Source: Octopus vulgaris
Lineage: Eukaryota
Assembly: GCA_951406725.2 (NCBI GenBank)
Contig: OX597828.1
Location: 49,662,001-49,726,000 of the forward strand
Reading direction: 5' to 3'
DNA length: 64,000 bases
Shown: positions 25,143 through 36,910 of the stretch, in pieces
How the letters are laid out: every line of letters begins with the position of its first letter
Numbering within the stretch: position 1 is the first letter of the stretch
Notes under the pieces: generated by a model
The model's database searches: none
The model's input: only the letters and a program-made list of their open reading frames with translations
Told to the model about the DNA's origin: nothing
Made by a program: the position numbers and the translations under genes

Positions 25143-25777
25143 TCTTTACTCTTTTACTTGTTTCAGTCATTTGACTGTGGCCATGCTAGAGCACCGCCTT
25201 TAGTTGAACAAATCGACTCCGGGACTTATTCTTTGTAAGCCCAGTACTTATTTTATCGGTCTCTTTTGCCAAACCACTAAGTTATGGGGATATAAACACA
25301 CCAGCATCGGTTGTCAAGCGATGTTGGGAGGACAAAGATATATATATATACTACGGGCTTCTTTCAGTTTCTGTCTACCAAACCGACTCACAAGGCTTTG
25401 GTCGGCTCGAGGCTATAGTAGAAGACACTTGCCCAAGGTGCCATGCAGTTGGACTGAACCCGGGACCATGTGGTTGGTAAGCAAGCTACTTACCACACAG
25501 CCACTCCTATATATTTTATATAAAAAGGTGGTGGGGGCTAAGCTACAATCAATGCCAGGCTGTCTAATTCAGTGATTTGTTATGTCTTACTTTATTACTT
25601 TGTTAAAAGTTTGTGTTGTTAGAAAACCTTTTTTTAAAAGCTGTTTTGTTCCTTTCTTTAACAGGACATACAAAACATGAAATGACTTCCTGGACAAGTT
25701 TCCATTCAATATTTAAATACCTGAATGAAAAGATTCCAGATCCCAGTTCTAAAACTGAATCTAAAGCTGAACTTTAA
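1628..25777 (+). CDS. FAM172A: FAM172A/ARB2A (Arb2-domain alpha/beta-hydrolase-fold cotranscriptional regulator), spliced CDS: join(1628-1994,4700-4789 and/or 6854-6943,10097-10194,13657-13722,14327-14454,15950-16082,18941-19060,21565-21672,23569-23653,25665-25777); 5' end possibly outside window
   Basis: Phase-consistent GT-AG exon chain. Translation contains family motifs [105 protein letters not shown], and ends KAEL*. 416 aa from ATG 1685 with one copy of the 90-nt exon. Confidence 0.95.
4700..4789 (+). CDS. FAM172A: FAM172A exon B, copy 1 ([30 protein letters not shown])
   Basis: Polypyrimidine tract + AAG acceptor; GTAAGT donor; phase 1-1, 90 nt; [11 protein letters not shown](K) matches vertebrate TLEGFEYAFNEK. 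Confidence 0.88.
6854..6943 (+). CDS. FAM172A: FAM172A exon B, copy 2 (R->Q variant, ...[16 protein letters not shown])
   Basis: Same splice sites as copy 1, inside the tandem duplicate; CGA->CAA at 6905. Confidence 0.75.
7676..8218 (+). mobile_element. CR1-clade LINE 3' end with (ATT)n tail
   Basis: [36 protein letters not shown]...[19 protein letters not shown]; ATT-repeat tail 8195-8218. Confidence 0.9.
9026..9237. repeat. 48-bp minisatellite, ~4.4 copies
   Basis: Unit CCATGTGGTACCACATAAAAATGCCCATGCAGCACCATGTAAAGGTTC. Confidence 0.95.
10097..10194 (+). CDS. FAM172A: FAM172A exon C ([15 protein letters not shown]...NYEELGE)
   Basis: CAG acceptor, GTAAGT donor, phase 1-0, conserved motif. 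Confidence 0.95.
11455..11523. repeat. (ATGGCN)n hexanucleotide repeat
   Basis: ATGGCG/ATGGCT/ATGGCA units. Confidence 0.9.
11929..12751. mobile_element. piggyBac-type non-autonomous element
   Basis: TTAA on both sides; TIR CCCTTTCGTTAC / GTAACGAAAGGG. Confidence 0.88.
12864..13261 (+). mobile_element. Non-autonomous Helitron
   Basis: A|TC start, subterminal hairpin CCCGAGCAATGCCGGG, CTAG|T end, no TSD. Confidence 0.88.
13657..13722 (+). CDS. FAM172A: FAM172A exon D ([22 protein letters not shown])
   Basis: TTTCAG acceptor, GTAAGT donor, 66 nt, phase 0-0. Confidence 0.93.
14327..14454 (+). CDS. FAM172A: FAM172A exon E (...[33 protein letters not shown])
   Basis: Signature HGSG-x-VRAGQWAR motif; CAG acceptor, GTCAGT donor. 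Confidence 0.97.
15643..15863. mobile_element. piggyBac-type MITE
   Basis: TTAA|CCCCTTAG ... CTAAAGGG|TTAA; degraded relatives near 26785, 34130, 62530. Confidence 0.78.
15950..16082 (+). CDS. FAM172A: FAM172A exon F ([33 protein letters not shown]...KIR)
   Basis: TAG acceptor, GTGAGA donor, phase 2-0; conserved LIIN..LDSG.Q.PFIKRA. Confidence 0.96.
16303..17437. mobile_element. piggyBac-type MITE interrupted by an RTE LINE
   Basis: TTAA|CCCTTTTGATAC ... GTAACAAAAAGG|TTAA; halves colinear with a relative at ~41705-41925. Confidence 0.72.
16438..17357 (+). mobile_element. 5'-truncated RTE-clade LINE: ORF C-terminus + long 3' UTR + (GAT)n tail (family B)
   Basis: Starts with [19 protein letters not shown] (RTE ORF end), then the hairpin minisatellite and ...GGAAGGG(C/T)ATCCAGCTGTAGAAAC...CCATGC.AGCATGG...(GAT)n. 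Shorter copies near 3410, 5607, 13959, 21740, 22621, 27241, 52918(-), 56155, 58164, 60019, 62632. Confidence 0.78.
18236..18899. mobile_element. Two family-A SINEs, tail-to-tail (+ 18236-~18527; - ~18526-18899)
   Basis: Same consensus in opposite orientations. Confidence 0.8.
18941..19060 (+). CDS. FAM172A: FAM172A exon G ([16 protein letters not shown]...[12 protein letters not shown]), nucleophile elbow
   Basis: CAG acceptor, GTGAGT donor, 120 nt; HSYGG motif. Confidence 0.96.
20907..21269 (+). mobile_element. Non-autonomous Helitron (same family as 12864)
   Basis: A|TC...hairpin...CTAG|T; high similarity to 12864-13261. Confidence 0.88.
21565..21672 (+). CDS. FAM172A: FAM172A exon H ([21 protein letters not shown]...EFFKK)
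   Basis: TTTCAG acceptor; AVAFTDS motif; donor AAG|GTTCTC is weak but gives the correct phase. Confidence 0.85.
22095..22320. mobile_element. Tc1/mariner-type MITE (partial copy in opposite orientation at 10573-10701)
   Basis: Imperfect TIRs TATGAGGAGGTGCTGTAAAGTTCCTGGCT / AGCCAGGAACTCTTCAGCCCCCACC in a TA context. Confidence 0.65.
23246..23502. mobile_element. Unclassified asymmetric fold-back element with 10-bp direct repeats
   Basis: 64-bp inverted repeat 23246-23309 / 23377-23440 (2 mismatches), 62-bp 3' extension, ACAAATAGAA at 23236-23245 and 23503-23512. Confidence 0.65.
23569..23653 (+). CDS. FAM172A: FAM172A exon I ([14 protein letters not shown]...PKVSAG)
   Basis: TAG acceptor, GTAAGA donor; NWVxS..EP.DT..P.VSAG. 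Confidence 0.94.
23977..24180 (+). mobile_element. tRNA-derived SINE (family C); other copies near 17691, 19830, 30335, 40755-40984(-), 44293, 47485
   Basis: Head GGCGGCGAGCTGGCAGAAACGTTAGC, B box GAGTTCAAATTCC, central GCCTTTCATCCTTT..GGGGTCGATAAA..AGTACCAG domain. Confidence 0.82.
24737..25111 (-). mobile_element. Family-A tRNA SINE, full length
   Basis: Reverse complement of the 515-1176 consensus, including the head GGCGCAGGAGTGGCTGTGTGG. Confidence 0.88.
25143..25508 (-). mobile_element. Family-A tRNA SINE
   Basis: Same consensus, (TAAAAGAG)-type tail. Confidence 0.85.
25665..25777 (+). CDS. FAM172A: FAM172A last coding exon ([19 protein letters not shown]...KAEL*)
   Basis: CAG acceptor; HE.TSW.SF.SIFK motif; TAA stop 25775-25777. 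Confidence 0.95.
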
Positions 25778-27391
25778 TGATCTCTCCCCACCCCCCACTG
25801 CCATTTTTTTAACTACAACCCAATTCAGTGCCTATACATTACCAAGTTGGTTTAATTACATCCCCCACCTCATGTTTAAAAAAAAAAATTTTTTTTGTTA
25901 TCTTCCATCAATGTTATAAAGCTCTGTTTTTCTTGAACTCTTCTACAATTTTGTCCAATGACTGAGAAACACCAGGGAACCTCTGGAACCACAAAGTGTT
26001 GCTTAGAATATTACCTACATCACCTCCAAACAGTATCTTCTATTTCTCCCCTCCTTCGTAAAGGTATGCGGCCTAGTGTCAATTTCTGAACCAGGCTACA
26101 TGTGGTGTCCTTGAGCAGGGCACTTTTTTTCATGTTCTCAGCTAGGAGTACCAGCTGAGCACTGCTTTCTCTCTCTCTCTCCCTGCTCTTCCAACTACCA
26201 CACCTTGAATGTACTGCTTGGTCACAGGATGGGAGAGTCAGGAGAACAACCACTTCATGCTGACAAAAAATAGCAGGAACTGCTTAACCAAGCCATACTA
26301 GTTTGCAACTGATGCTTGGCTCCAACCTCTCTCTCCTCTCTTTTTCAACAAGGATTTTTTTAATATCTTCATTCTAATCACAATGTCCTTTAAACAGTAA
26401 AAACCCTGCAACTTAATCTTGATTCTTTCTCAAAACAAATACCTTTGCAAAATTCCATTTTTTAAAAAATTCCTATCATTTAAAAAAATATTTCTCAACC
26501 TCATTTACTTTGTGGTACTTTAGAGATAAAACATTATTGGTACACTTTGCATGGAAAGTTTGAAGAAACTATTGCTTACCTTTGTTTTATTAAAATTATA
26601 TTTGTATATAACAATTATTCATAATGTTAATGATACTTGTATAACTTTTAATTTTTTTAATATGCCTAAATATAGATTTTCTAAATCTTAAATTAATTTT
26701 TAAAATTGCCATGAATCCAAGCTCCCCCTCTTGCAATGCTAACCTAAATTTTGTTTGTAAATAAGAATTTATTACAGGAAGACTAACTCTTTAGCATTTA
26801 ATCCAGCCCAAATATTCTAGCTGCTTTGTGTTCAAACTGGGCAGGTCCAGACTCTCACACCTACTCAACATTTATCATTCTAATTCAATTTATCGATTAA
26901 TTCAACACAATGTGAATAAATAAGCAGTACATTTGACAGAATAATCTGAATGCTAAACGGTTAAAATTACATTACTACCAAGAATTTTATTAAATGGAAT
27001 GAAAATTACTGTTTTCTTTAAGAGCTATATTATAAAAAAAAAAATGTTTAAGCTAAGACAATTTCTAAAATCTGATTTTCACACTCATAGAAGGCCTGCA
27101 ACTAATCTCTGCAAGAGAGACCTCAATTTAGTTCACACAATATATTATAGGTAGATCAATATAAAAATTAGATTAAAATAATGACACATATATATAACAT
27201 CTATAATGTGTGTATGCGTGTATATATATATATATATATATAGTGGTTGGCGTTAGGAAGGGCATCCAGCTGTAGAAACATTGCCAGATAAGACCGGAGC
27301 CTGGTGCAGCCTTCTGGCTTCCCAGATCCCCGGTCGAACCGTCCAACCCATGCCAGCATGGAGAACGGACGTTAAACGATGATATATATGA

Positions 27392-27427
<36 letters not shown>

Positions 27428-27689
27428 AACAATGGTGGCTGTAATATTTTGTCTCCGAGAAACATCTGTTGACCGTTTTGATACCACCTTACTTAAAATT
27501 GATTTCCTGCTTCCATTGCACAAATTTCCTGATCTAAATTAAAAACCTTCCATCAAAATGTTTCAAACATCAATTTAATTATGGACAATGGTATTTTGAT
27601 AAATTCATTATCTGAAAGAGAAGCAGTGCATTTCAATAGAAATATAACAATAGATAATGAGACTTGGCAACCTTCTAAACAGAGCTCTC

Positions 27690-28054
27690 TTTGCTTGTTT
27701 CAGTCATTTGACTGCGGCCATGCTGGAGCACCGCCTTTTAGTCGAGCAACTCGACCCCGGGACTTATTCTTTTTGTTAGCCCAGTACTTATTCTATCGGT
27801 CTCTTTTTGCCGAACTGCTAAGTGACGTAAACACACCAGCATCGGTTGTCAAGCAATGCTAGGGGGACAAACACAGAACACAAACACACACACACATACA
27901 TACATATATACGACAGGCTTCTTTCAGTTTCCGTCTACCAAATCCACTCACAAGGCATTGGTCGGCCCGGGGCTATAGCAGAAGACACTTGCCCAAGATG
28001 CCACGCAGTGGGACTGAACCCGGAACTATGTGGTTGGTAAGCAAGCTACTTACC
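27690..28054 (-). mobile_element. Family-A tRNA SINE (head-truncated)
   Basis: Same consensus. Confidence 0.85.
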
Positions 28055-30163
28055 AGCGCCTTGGTTTTCATTATACAACGTTTCTTAAAAGAAGTTTCAC
28101 TAGGACAAAATATTTCAGCTAATTCTGTTCTACATTTGTATATACATACATTCTACATGTTATATTACTGCTATCTTCTTTTTCTTCTGTCTGGACTCAG
28201 TAAAATGAGCCCAGTAAAATTGAAACTCAGGTCCATGATTTGCTTTATCTTTCATAAGTAGTGGTTTTTGAAGCCTTTCCTAATGAATAAAGAGAAATTG
28301 TTTCAACTATACAAATTATATTTTTTTCTTTTCCCATTAGCACATCTCTCTGGAGAGAGATTGACCTCTGAAGACAAAATTAAACAAAGTTCATAATGAG
28401 TATATAATGTTAATTTCAACCTAGAAGGGAGTAATTTCCTCAGGAATATCAAATAAATTAGTCAAGAAACTTTGAATAAAACAGGTTTATTTTACTTTTT
28501 AAAACAGAATTTCATTGTCTTTTGTAAAGAGTTGACTGGATATATTTGTCTCACTAAATGTTAGATGACAGATTAAATAGAAACCACTAATGAATGTGTT
28601 CTAATTAAAAAGATGGATGACAAGGATTTCACAGGTACTGATCAATATCCAGTATTCATTTTGTAGAAATTACAAAACAGTACACACCATCGCCAAAAAT
28701 GTTAGCTTCGTGTCCAAAACAAATTCAATTTCGCTGTTGAAATGGCGAATCCTTTAATGGCTCCAACTTAAGCATGAAGAGCCAGACATTGAGATTAAAC
28801 TCAAAGAATAGCTTTGAGTCTGGAGGTTTAGCTAATGCTTGAGATAAATAAACTAGCATACAACTATTTTAGTTATTGTATGAGCTCACCCTGTATATGT
28901 CTTACTTTAGGAGTTTGACATTTAAGTGTCCATAAACTACCTTGGTACTTGGCTGTTGCCTAGGTGTTGTTAAATAAGGGACAAGAGCCATTCCGAATAA
29001 ATACAGCTGATAACAAAATAATTTCCATCATCAAGATTATGTAGATTATCGTAAAATATAATATTACAAATTGAAAATTAATATTCAAAATGACTTGTCA
29101 ATTAGAGGGTAAAGCATCTTTCCTTTTTTTAATGTGAAATAGTGAGACAAAAAAAAAGGTCTATTGGTTGTTTGTAGAAGGAATATTTTGTAACAAAAGG
29201 GATCAATTCACACAATAGTCATTATATACATGTGTAAGTGTATAGACATATATACACACACACAATAGTGAAAGATATTTGAAGCAACAATAAATGAAAG
29301 ATGTTACTGTCCAGATACTTAAGTCACAAGCAACTACAGTTGATGATGGGGCTTGGAGGGGGAGAAACGGAAAACTGACAGAAGATTAATTTATTTTATA
29401 GATGAACAAGTGCTGGCCCCAAAATAATTGGTGTTTAAAAAAAAATTTTTTTTTTCAAAGATTGGGGTAAAATATATTTAATAATTTTGTCGTTAATAAC
29501 TCGTGAAATTAGTTACAGCTTCCTGGTAACACTGACTATTGGTGATATTAAACCTTCCATAAAATAGTGACTCCCCTGCTCCACTTAGTTTATCAGTCTT
29601 GGTCAAAAGAGAGGGAGTGTCGTAAATTCAGCTGTTGATAGCTAAAAGCAGAATGTTGGTGTTGATGGTCAAAGAATCATAACAAAACAGGTATGTCAGC
29701 CGAGAAAACAAGGGTCTCATACACGCACACATGCACGCATGCACACACACACAGTAATGTTGTTCAATTCCAAATAAGTTATCAAAAATAAAATGTAAGT
29801 TTGGGAAAATTACAATTCATCTCTTAGAATATAGTTTATGGGGTGGTACATGATGCAAGCCACAGAATCAAAACTCCTTCACCACACCAATCAAGACTCA
29901 ATATTTATTGAGACAACAGGTCTGATAGGAATTTTCAATTTCAAACAAATAACTAGGGGAACAAAAAATTTAAAATAAAAATTGATCAAAGAAAAATGTT
30001 TAACAGAAAAGAAAAAACAAAAAAAACCTAACAAAAACTTAGCATGCAAGTTCGATTAAATAAAATTGTGTGAAATGTTTCGATTGAGTATATTCGACAG
30101 TGGGTGTTTTAGGGAAAAGCTATAGTTTGTGAACCATTGCAAAATGCTGACATAACTAAAGTG

Positions 30164-30268
30164 TTAGACTCTCAGACCATTAGCACTAACATTACTGTTG
30201 AGGTTTTTGTAAGCAATCACTCCACGGGTTCGACAGCAGAGAATACACGTTGCAATCAGTCCAATTAT
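30164..30268 (-). CDS. TSPAN3: Tetraspanin last coding exon (IIGLIATCILCCRTRGVIAYKNLNSNVSANGLRV*)
   Basis: TTCCAG acceptor; end of TM4, juxtamembrane Cys, YxxL motif; TAA stop. Confidence 0.93.
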   Translation of the reverse strand: MIGLIATCILCCRTRGVIAYKNLNSNVSANGLRV

Positions 30269-32070
30269 CTGGAAGAAAAAGAATAAAAAATTTAGCAAGA
30301 AAATCTTGTAAAAATGTTAATAATTATCTTAGGGTGGCAAAGCTCATAGAATCAGTATTACAGTGGGAAAAAATTGCTTAGCAGCATTTTGTCTGTCTTT
30401 ACGCTGAGTGCAAATTCCACCGAGGCTGACTTTGCCTTTCATCCTGTCAGGGATCACAAGAGACTAGATAAAATAAGTACCAGTCAAGCACTGGGGTCAA
30501 TGTAAATCAACTAGACTGCTCCCCTGAAATTACTGGCCATGTGCCAAAATTTGAAACCAATATTAAAAGACTATATCAAGGTGAGCTGGCAGAATCATTA
30601 GTACACTGGGGAAAATGCTTAGCAACAAGAAAACACAGCAATCTGTGAGTCCAGGGCTGTAGTGATGAGTGAATCTTTTGCTCATAACTGAAATGGTCTT
30701 TTGAAATACCATTTAACTAATATAGGGTCAAACACTAAAAACAGATTTTAAAGTAACACCATATCAATATAAACATCATCACACAGCTACAAGGTACTAA
30801 ATTTTAGGTATGACTAATATTTCCTTATTGCTACAAACAAGCCAGCATAACACACAAGTTAGATATAGTATCATAGTCTCTCCTGTTCTTTCACTATGGT
30901 GTTCTCCATGTTAACAGAGCAGAACATTAAGATAACCGAATACTTAAAAATGAATTTGGTTTTTTTAAAAAATAACATTTCTATAGTTTGTGCTTTTTCT
31001 TTCTTTCTCAACCGACACCTAAGGTCTGCATCTAGTGAAACTCCTACCAAAACATCCCTAAAGCCTGACCACTCTCATACACACACACACCTAAAGGTGT
31101 GACCTACTGACCCCCTCTACCTCCAAAATTAAAACCCACCTAGATGTTAGGTGAAATAACTTTCATTCAATCAAGTTTCAGTGTTTTTAAAATGAAATAA
31201 ACTTACCTGAAGAAGAGCAAATGTGATTCCTGCTGAGGTTATGTAAGTCAAATTGTCGAGAAATTTCAGCTTCAAACGTTCGTAACAGCCCTGTAATGAG
31301 AAAGGGTGGACAGCACTTCAGTTGGGGAAGGGATCTTATTCTAACAGCAAACACTAATATATATATCATCATCATTTTTGACATTCACTTTTCCAATACA
31401 GCATCGATTAACTCTTTTAGTTACCAAGACATGCAGGAATATGGTGTAACTAGTCTAAAATCTGGGGTACACATAGTTTACAGCATATTCCCATTTATTG
31501 TTTGTTTTTATCTCTCTATATATAAACGGCAAAATGTCTGTCTGTGTGCGTGTCCTTTATACAAATCCACAATTTTTCAGTTAGAGGGCTCGCACTTTCT
31601 ATGGTCATTCAAACCCACCCAAGGGTGGTTGTGCACATCTTTACATTTCCCCAGTCACCCCGCAAAGCCATTAAAAAAAAAATAGGAGTGACTTTTTTGT
31701 GAATTTTCTATCCAAAACCCAATCAAAATGCCCGAAACTTGATACACCAGTTGAATGCCAGCTAGCTGTATGTGATTGGTCGGAGATTTGGACAGTACTT
31801 GCGTGTATGTACACACACACGCAGCTGTATATGTATGCACTAGCACCATGACCCAGCAACGCCGGGTCATAGTGCTAGTATCATTCTATCCTAGAATGGG
31901 ATACATGATTGTGTTACAGAGACATCACCTTACAGCCAGATACTAATCTTAATCTATTTTTCAAGTCAAGGAATTTTTCTCCCTCCAACTTTGAAGGCAC
32001 AAGGCAAACATAACCAGTTGATAAAATTCACATAAGCTGTAACTTTTATTCAACTGAGCACAAATGTAAA

Positions 32071-32104
<34 letters not shown>

Positions 32105-33805
32105 CATGCATGTGTACGAGCATACACTGATCTTTTCTGTCTCTGTTCTATCAAGCCTGCTCACAAGGCTTTGGTTGGCCCAGAGCTACAGATGATACTT
32201 GCACATACTACACTTAAGAGGGATTGAACCAGAAACTACATGGATGACAAAGGAACTTCTCAAGTACACAGCCATGCCTGTGCATGCACATATATGATGA
32301 TGATGATAATGATATATATAATCATTTAATAACATAAATAATATATAAATATATGCATATATACATACATATATGTACATACCTACATCTATATGTATAT
32401 ATACATGCATATATGGGTACAGGACATCAAAAAAAACGCAAACATAAAAACAAAAACATGGAAACGAACTTTTTTTCAAACAACGAAAAAACAGAGTACA
32501 AGACATACAACACAAGGAACATTCCCCTTCTTCAGTTGCCCCTGTTTCGTCTGCTCTGCGTTTCGAAGGTAACATCTGCTTTCCATGCTGGGATGGGTTA
32601 GATGGTCTGACATGGAGCTGTCTGTCGAGGCATGGTTTCCATGGCTGGATGCCCTTCCTAACACCAATCACTTAAAAGATCATGCTGGGTGCTTTTCTTG
32701 TGCAACTGGTATGGGTGTGTTTATGCAGCACTGGCACGAGTGTGTTAGAGTAGCACTGGTATGGATGCTTTTTAAGGGGTACCGGTACCTGAAAGGCCAA
32801 GCCTGTATGTGTGGAAGACAGCGATTTTACTTAGCTTGATGGGTCTTATCAAGTACAGCAAATCACCACATCTCCCAGTCACTTATTTCCTCAGTGAAGC
32901 TCAGCATCCAAAGATTCTTTTTCATCACTTATTCCCATGTCTTCCTGGGTCTACCCCTTCCAGAGACATCCTCCACAATTAGAGCACAGCATACATACAT
33001 TATATATATATATATATATAGACAAAAAGAAAATGGAGGAAAAATAACAACAAGAAGTGTGTCTTTTGCACTTCTTAATCCTTTTTGCCCCTTGTGGAGC
33101 ATAAGGCCTCAACAGTTGTTTTCCACTTTTTGCGGTCATTGGCGTGTTTCTTGGCTGCTTTCCATGTCAGGCCAGTGGTCCTAAGCTCGTCCAAAATGCT
33201 CTGCTTCGGGCGTCCTCGCTTCCTTCTCCCCTGCGGCTTCCAGTCAAGTGGTTGTCGTGTCACATTTGAGAGTTCTTTCCGCATTGTGTCCCTGATCTAT
33301 CTCCATTTCCTTCGTCTAATCTGAACATGTATGGGCTCCTGGTTGGCCTTTTCCCACAGGTCGGTGTTTGGCACTCTGTCGTACCACATTAGATGGAGGA
33401 CCTGCCGGAGACATTTGTTGAAGGTCTGGATCTTCTTGTAGTTGCTGCAGGTGGCTCTCCATTTTTCATGCTACACTTAAGAGGGATTGAACTTCAAACT
33501 ACATGGATGACAAAGGAATCTCTCAAATACACAGCCATGCCTGTGCATGCATATATATGATGATAATGATATATATATATCACGCATTGGCTCGAAACAG
33601 GGGCAGCTGAAGAAGGGGAATGTTCCTTGTGTTGGTTGTCTTGTACTCTGTTTTTTCGTTATTAAAAAAAGTCTGTTTCCTAGTTTGTTTTTATGTTTTC
33701 GTTTGTGTTCTACGTTTTTTTGTGGTGTCCTGTACCCATATATGCATATATATATACATATAGATGTAGGTATGTACATATATGTATGTATGCATATGTT
33801 TTATT

Positions 33806-33843
<38 letters not shown>

Positions 33844-36418
33844 TCGTTTAACATCCGTTTAGGAAGCCATTATTTAAACAGAAAAAAAAAATTACCTGGT
33901 GATAGATTCCTGTAGAATGATGATCAAGTTTTGTATCACAGGTAACATTGTGCGTAGTTTGAGGCATACAACAACTTTCTGGCACTGCATGGTAGGTCTT
34001 GTACCATTTTGTGTTACGCCAATCTGTGGCGTTCTTTACACCACAACATTCCAACTGAAATGGTAAGAAATGGTAAGATTAACAGATAATTAGACTTTAT
34101 GTCATACAACAGAAAATGAATATTTATTAACCCTGCAGCATTGAGATTACTCTGTCAAATGTAATGTTAATTAATGTTAATTTATTCACATTGCTTTGAA
34201 TTATTCATGTATTATCTTGTAGCTTTCAGATTTTGTGACTGCTTATGTTTAGAATGACAAATGTTGAGTAGGTATGAGAGGCCAGGTCCAGCCAGTTTGA
34301 ACATAAAACAGGAAGAATATTTGGGCCAGATATGGCCAGTTTGAACCTAAAACAGGAAGAATATTTGGGCCAGTTTAAACACTAAAGTGTTAAAGAAGAG
34401 ATAATAATGTTGACATCACCTTGAAGATCTTTCTTCTCGATAGATAAGAGGTTGTCAAATAACTCTTCATACAAATTATAAAAAATAACAGTTACAGGGG
34501 TTATGAAGTTATACTGTGACAACACTGAACAAATTTAAACACTAACAACACCACTACAGCTATTATGTACCTCTGGGCAAAGCACATGACTTCCTTGGTC
34601 TACACACCATTTGGTCTGGGGTGTACAGTCTGTTACTCCCTCCCCACCATCTTCTGCTGCTTAATTCCACCCCCTCACCCTTTTTCTTTGTTTCCTTGAG
34701 GTACTTCTGGGGGTTTTTTGTTTGATAATTTAATCTTTTATACTTATGTTTTATTTTTTAGTTTTCTCCCCCTAAAAACATTGATAAAATGCAATTTAAC
34801 ACTAATACAAAAATTAATAAAAATTTTAAAATTTTAATGGCTATTTTTAATTTAGATAATTTAAAACAGAATTTGTATCATGAAACCAAGAGTGGTTTCA
34901 GGCAGGTTTGATGATATCAAAAGAGTTAATATTCACTGTCCCATAGTGACACAAGTTTGATAGTTTGGTAGGCACCAACGAAGTGGAGGACCACATCATG
35001 TCCCAATGTTCATCTCTGAATGCCTGCCTTTATTCCAACTACTTTACAAAGTGTGTTGGGTGCTTTTCTTTTCTTCATGACACCAGGATTCCATATATAT
35101 TTTACAGACAATAATATTTAATTTATGGAAGGACAAATACAGTTATTCCAATACTGTATCAGATGTTCTGTCAGAGCTAGCCTGGAAAATACATTACATG
35201 TGAGGGGAGGTTAATTACTAAGGCACAGTAGAATACTTCAGATTTTCATCATGTCTGAAGAAAGCTGATCTGGTGGAGTATAGTCTCTGATCTGTGCTTG
35301 TAGTATGATGTTACCACTACTGAAAAAGAGCAAATGCTTTGCAACAATACAGTGCTTAGAATACTTCATACAATAAACTACCACTGCAGGGTCCCTATTT
35401 ACAACTAGGTAAACTAGTGGAGTAATGAAATTAACTGTTATAACTTAGATAGGTTTTTGCCAGTATAGGCTCAGGCCATATCTAACTTAATAGCACCATC
35501 TGGTTATAGCAATGAATAGCGGTACCATTTATGGGCTATGAACTATTGTTCTCAATAAATAGGCTGGCATTGAACCAATTTGCTAAAAAAACAATAAATG
35601 AAGATAAATTCTTTATTCATTTTCTGTTATAGTCATGTTTTTTATTATTGTATTCTCTGGTCTTCAAGTGCTTGTCACATTTTAGTAATATTCTCACAAC
35701 TGGAACCAAAACCTTTATTAAATCTACATTGGGTAGATTGTTCTAATTCCATTGTCCAAATCAATGAGATTCTCTTCTTATGATGTTAGTTTATGATGTT
35801 TGAACCAGGGTATATATAATTTCACTGACCTAGGAATTGAACTTACAGTCACCAGCTAAACTACTATTCTGATCACTTAATATTCACAATTCCTGTCATG
35901 AAGGCCAGAGGGCACAAAGGCCAGCCAACGTGGGTGAGAACACTATTTGGAATAAATCAGTGTGTAATAAACGGTAATTCCACATTACAGAAATTTAGAT
36001 GAACAAACAGGCATTTCATATTTCAAGTGAAACTTTATAAAGACTTTTTCTAATAATGCAGACTTTACTTACCTCTCGCTGTACATAGTCAATCTGATCA
36101 TGATCAATACTACTGACGTTGTCGTATTTGTTGATAGCAAGCGTCAATCCATCTGACACAGCAGAGGTCACCTGTGTAGAAGAGATACATACAATAATAA
36201 TAATAATAATAATAATAATTGTTGGGTACTATGACTTCTTTTTTGTATTTGTCAGCTTCTTTAAAGACTGGAAACAGTTTTTTTTTTGTTTTGTTTGTGT
36301 TTATTTGTATTAGTTTTCCTTGCTTCTGAAACAGGTATTTCTGTAGTCCTATGGAGGTTATTTTATAATAGTTTTCTCGCTGTATAAGGCCTCTACCACC
36401 TTCGATATGTTCGATATG

Positions 36419-36452
<34 letters not shown>

Positions 36453-36877
36453 CCTTTCTATGTCAGATTTTGGGTGGTGCATCCTAAATCCTGTCATTAT
36501 TTTTCTTGTTTTTCTGTCTATTTTAATTAGTTCATTTAGAGTCCAGTTAAGAATATTGTAGCTGTAACATACATAACTGGGATGGCTAGAGTGTTGATAC
36601 CTATTATCTTGTTTTCTGCATTGAGCTCTGTTTTCAGTATTAATCTAACTCATCTATAGTATTCTATTTTTTTTTTTTTATCTTCTCTTTCATTTGTGTG
36701 TGTTGTATCAAATCTAGTTCATTGATTCCTAAGTATTTGTATATCTGGCCTTGGTCTAATTCTCTCATTTCATTTGCTTAATATAGCCTGATGTTGCTAC
36801 TCTTAACTAGTTTTCTTCTTTCCAAGGTTGCTATGGCACATTTTTCTAAAAAGTCACAGTACCTAACAACTATGAAG

Positions 36878-36910
<33 letters not shown>

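Noticed and set aside
33594-33640. Hammerhead in the CGAAAC...CTGAAGAAGGGG motif (and its mirror at ~32520-32568)
   Set aside because: Core boxes are present but I could not assemble stems I-III in a valid topology.
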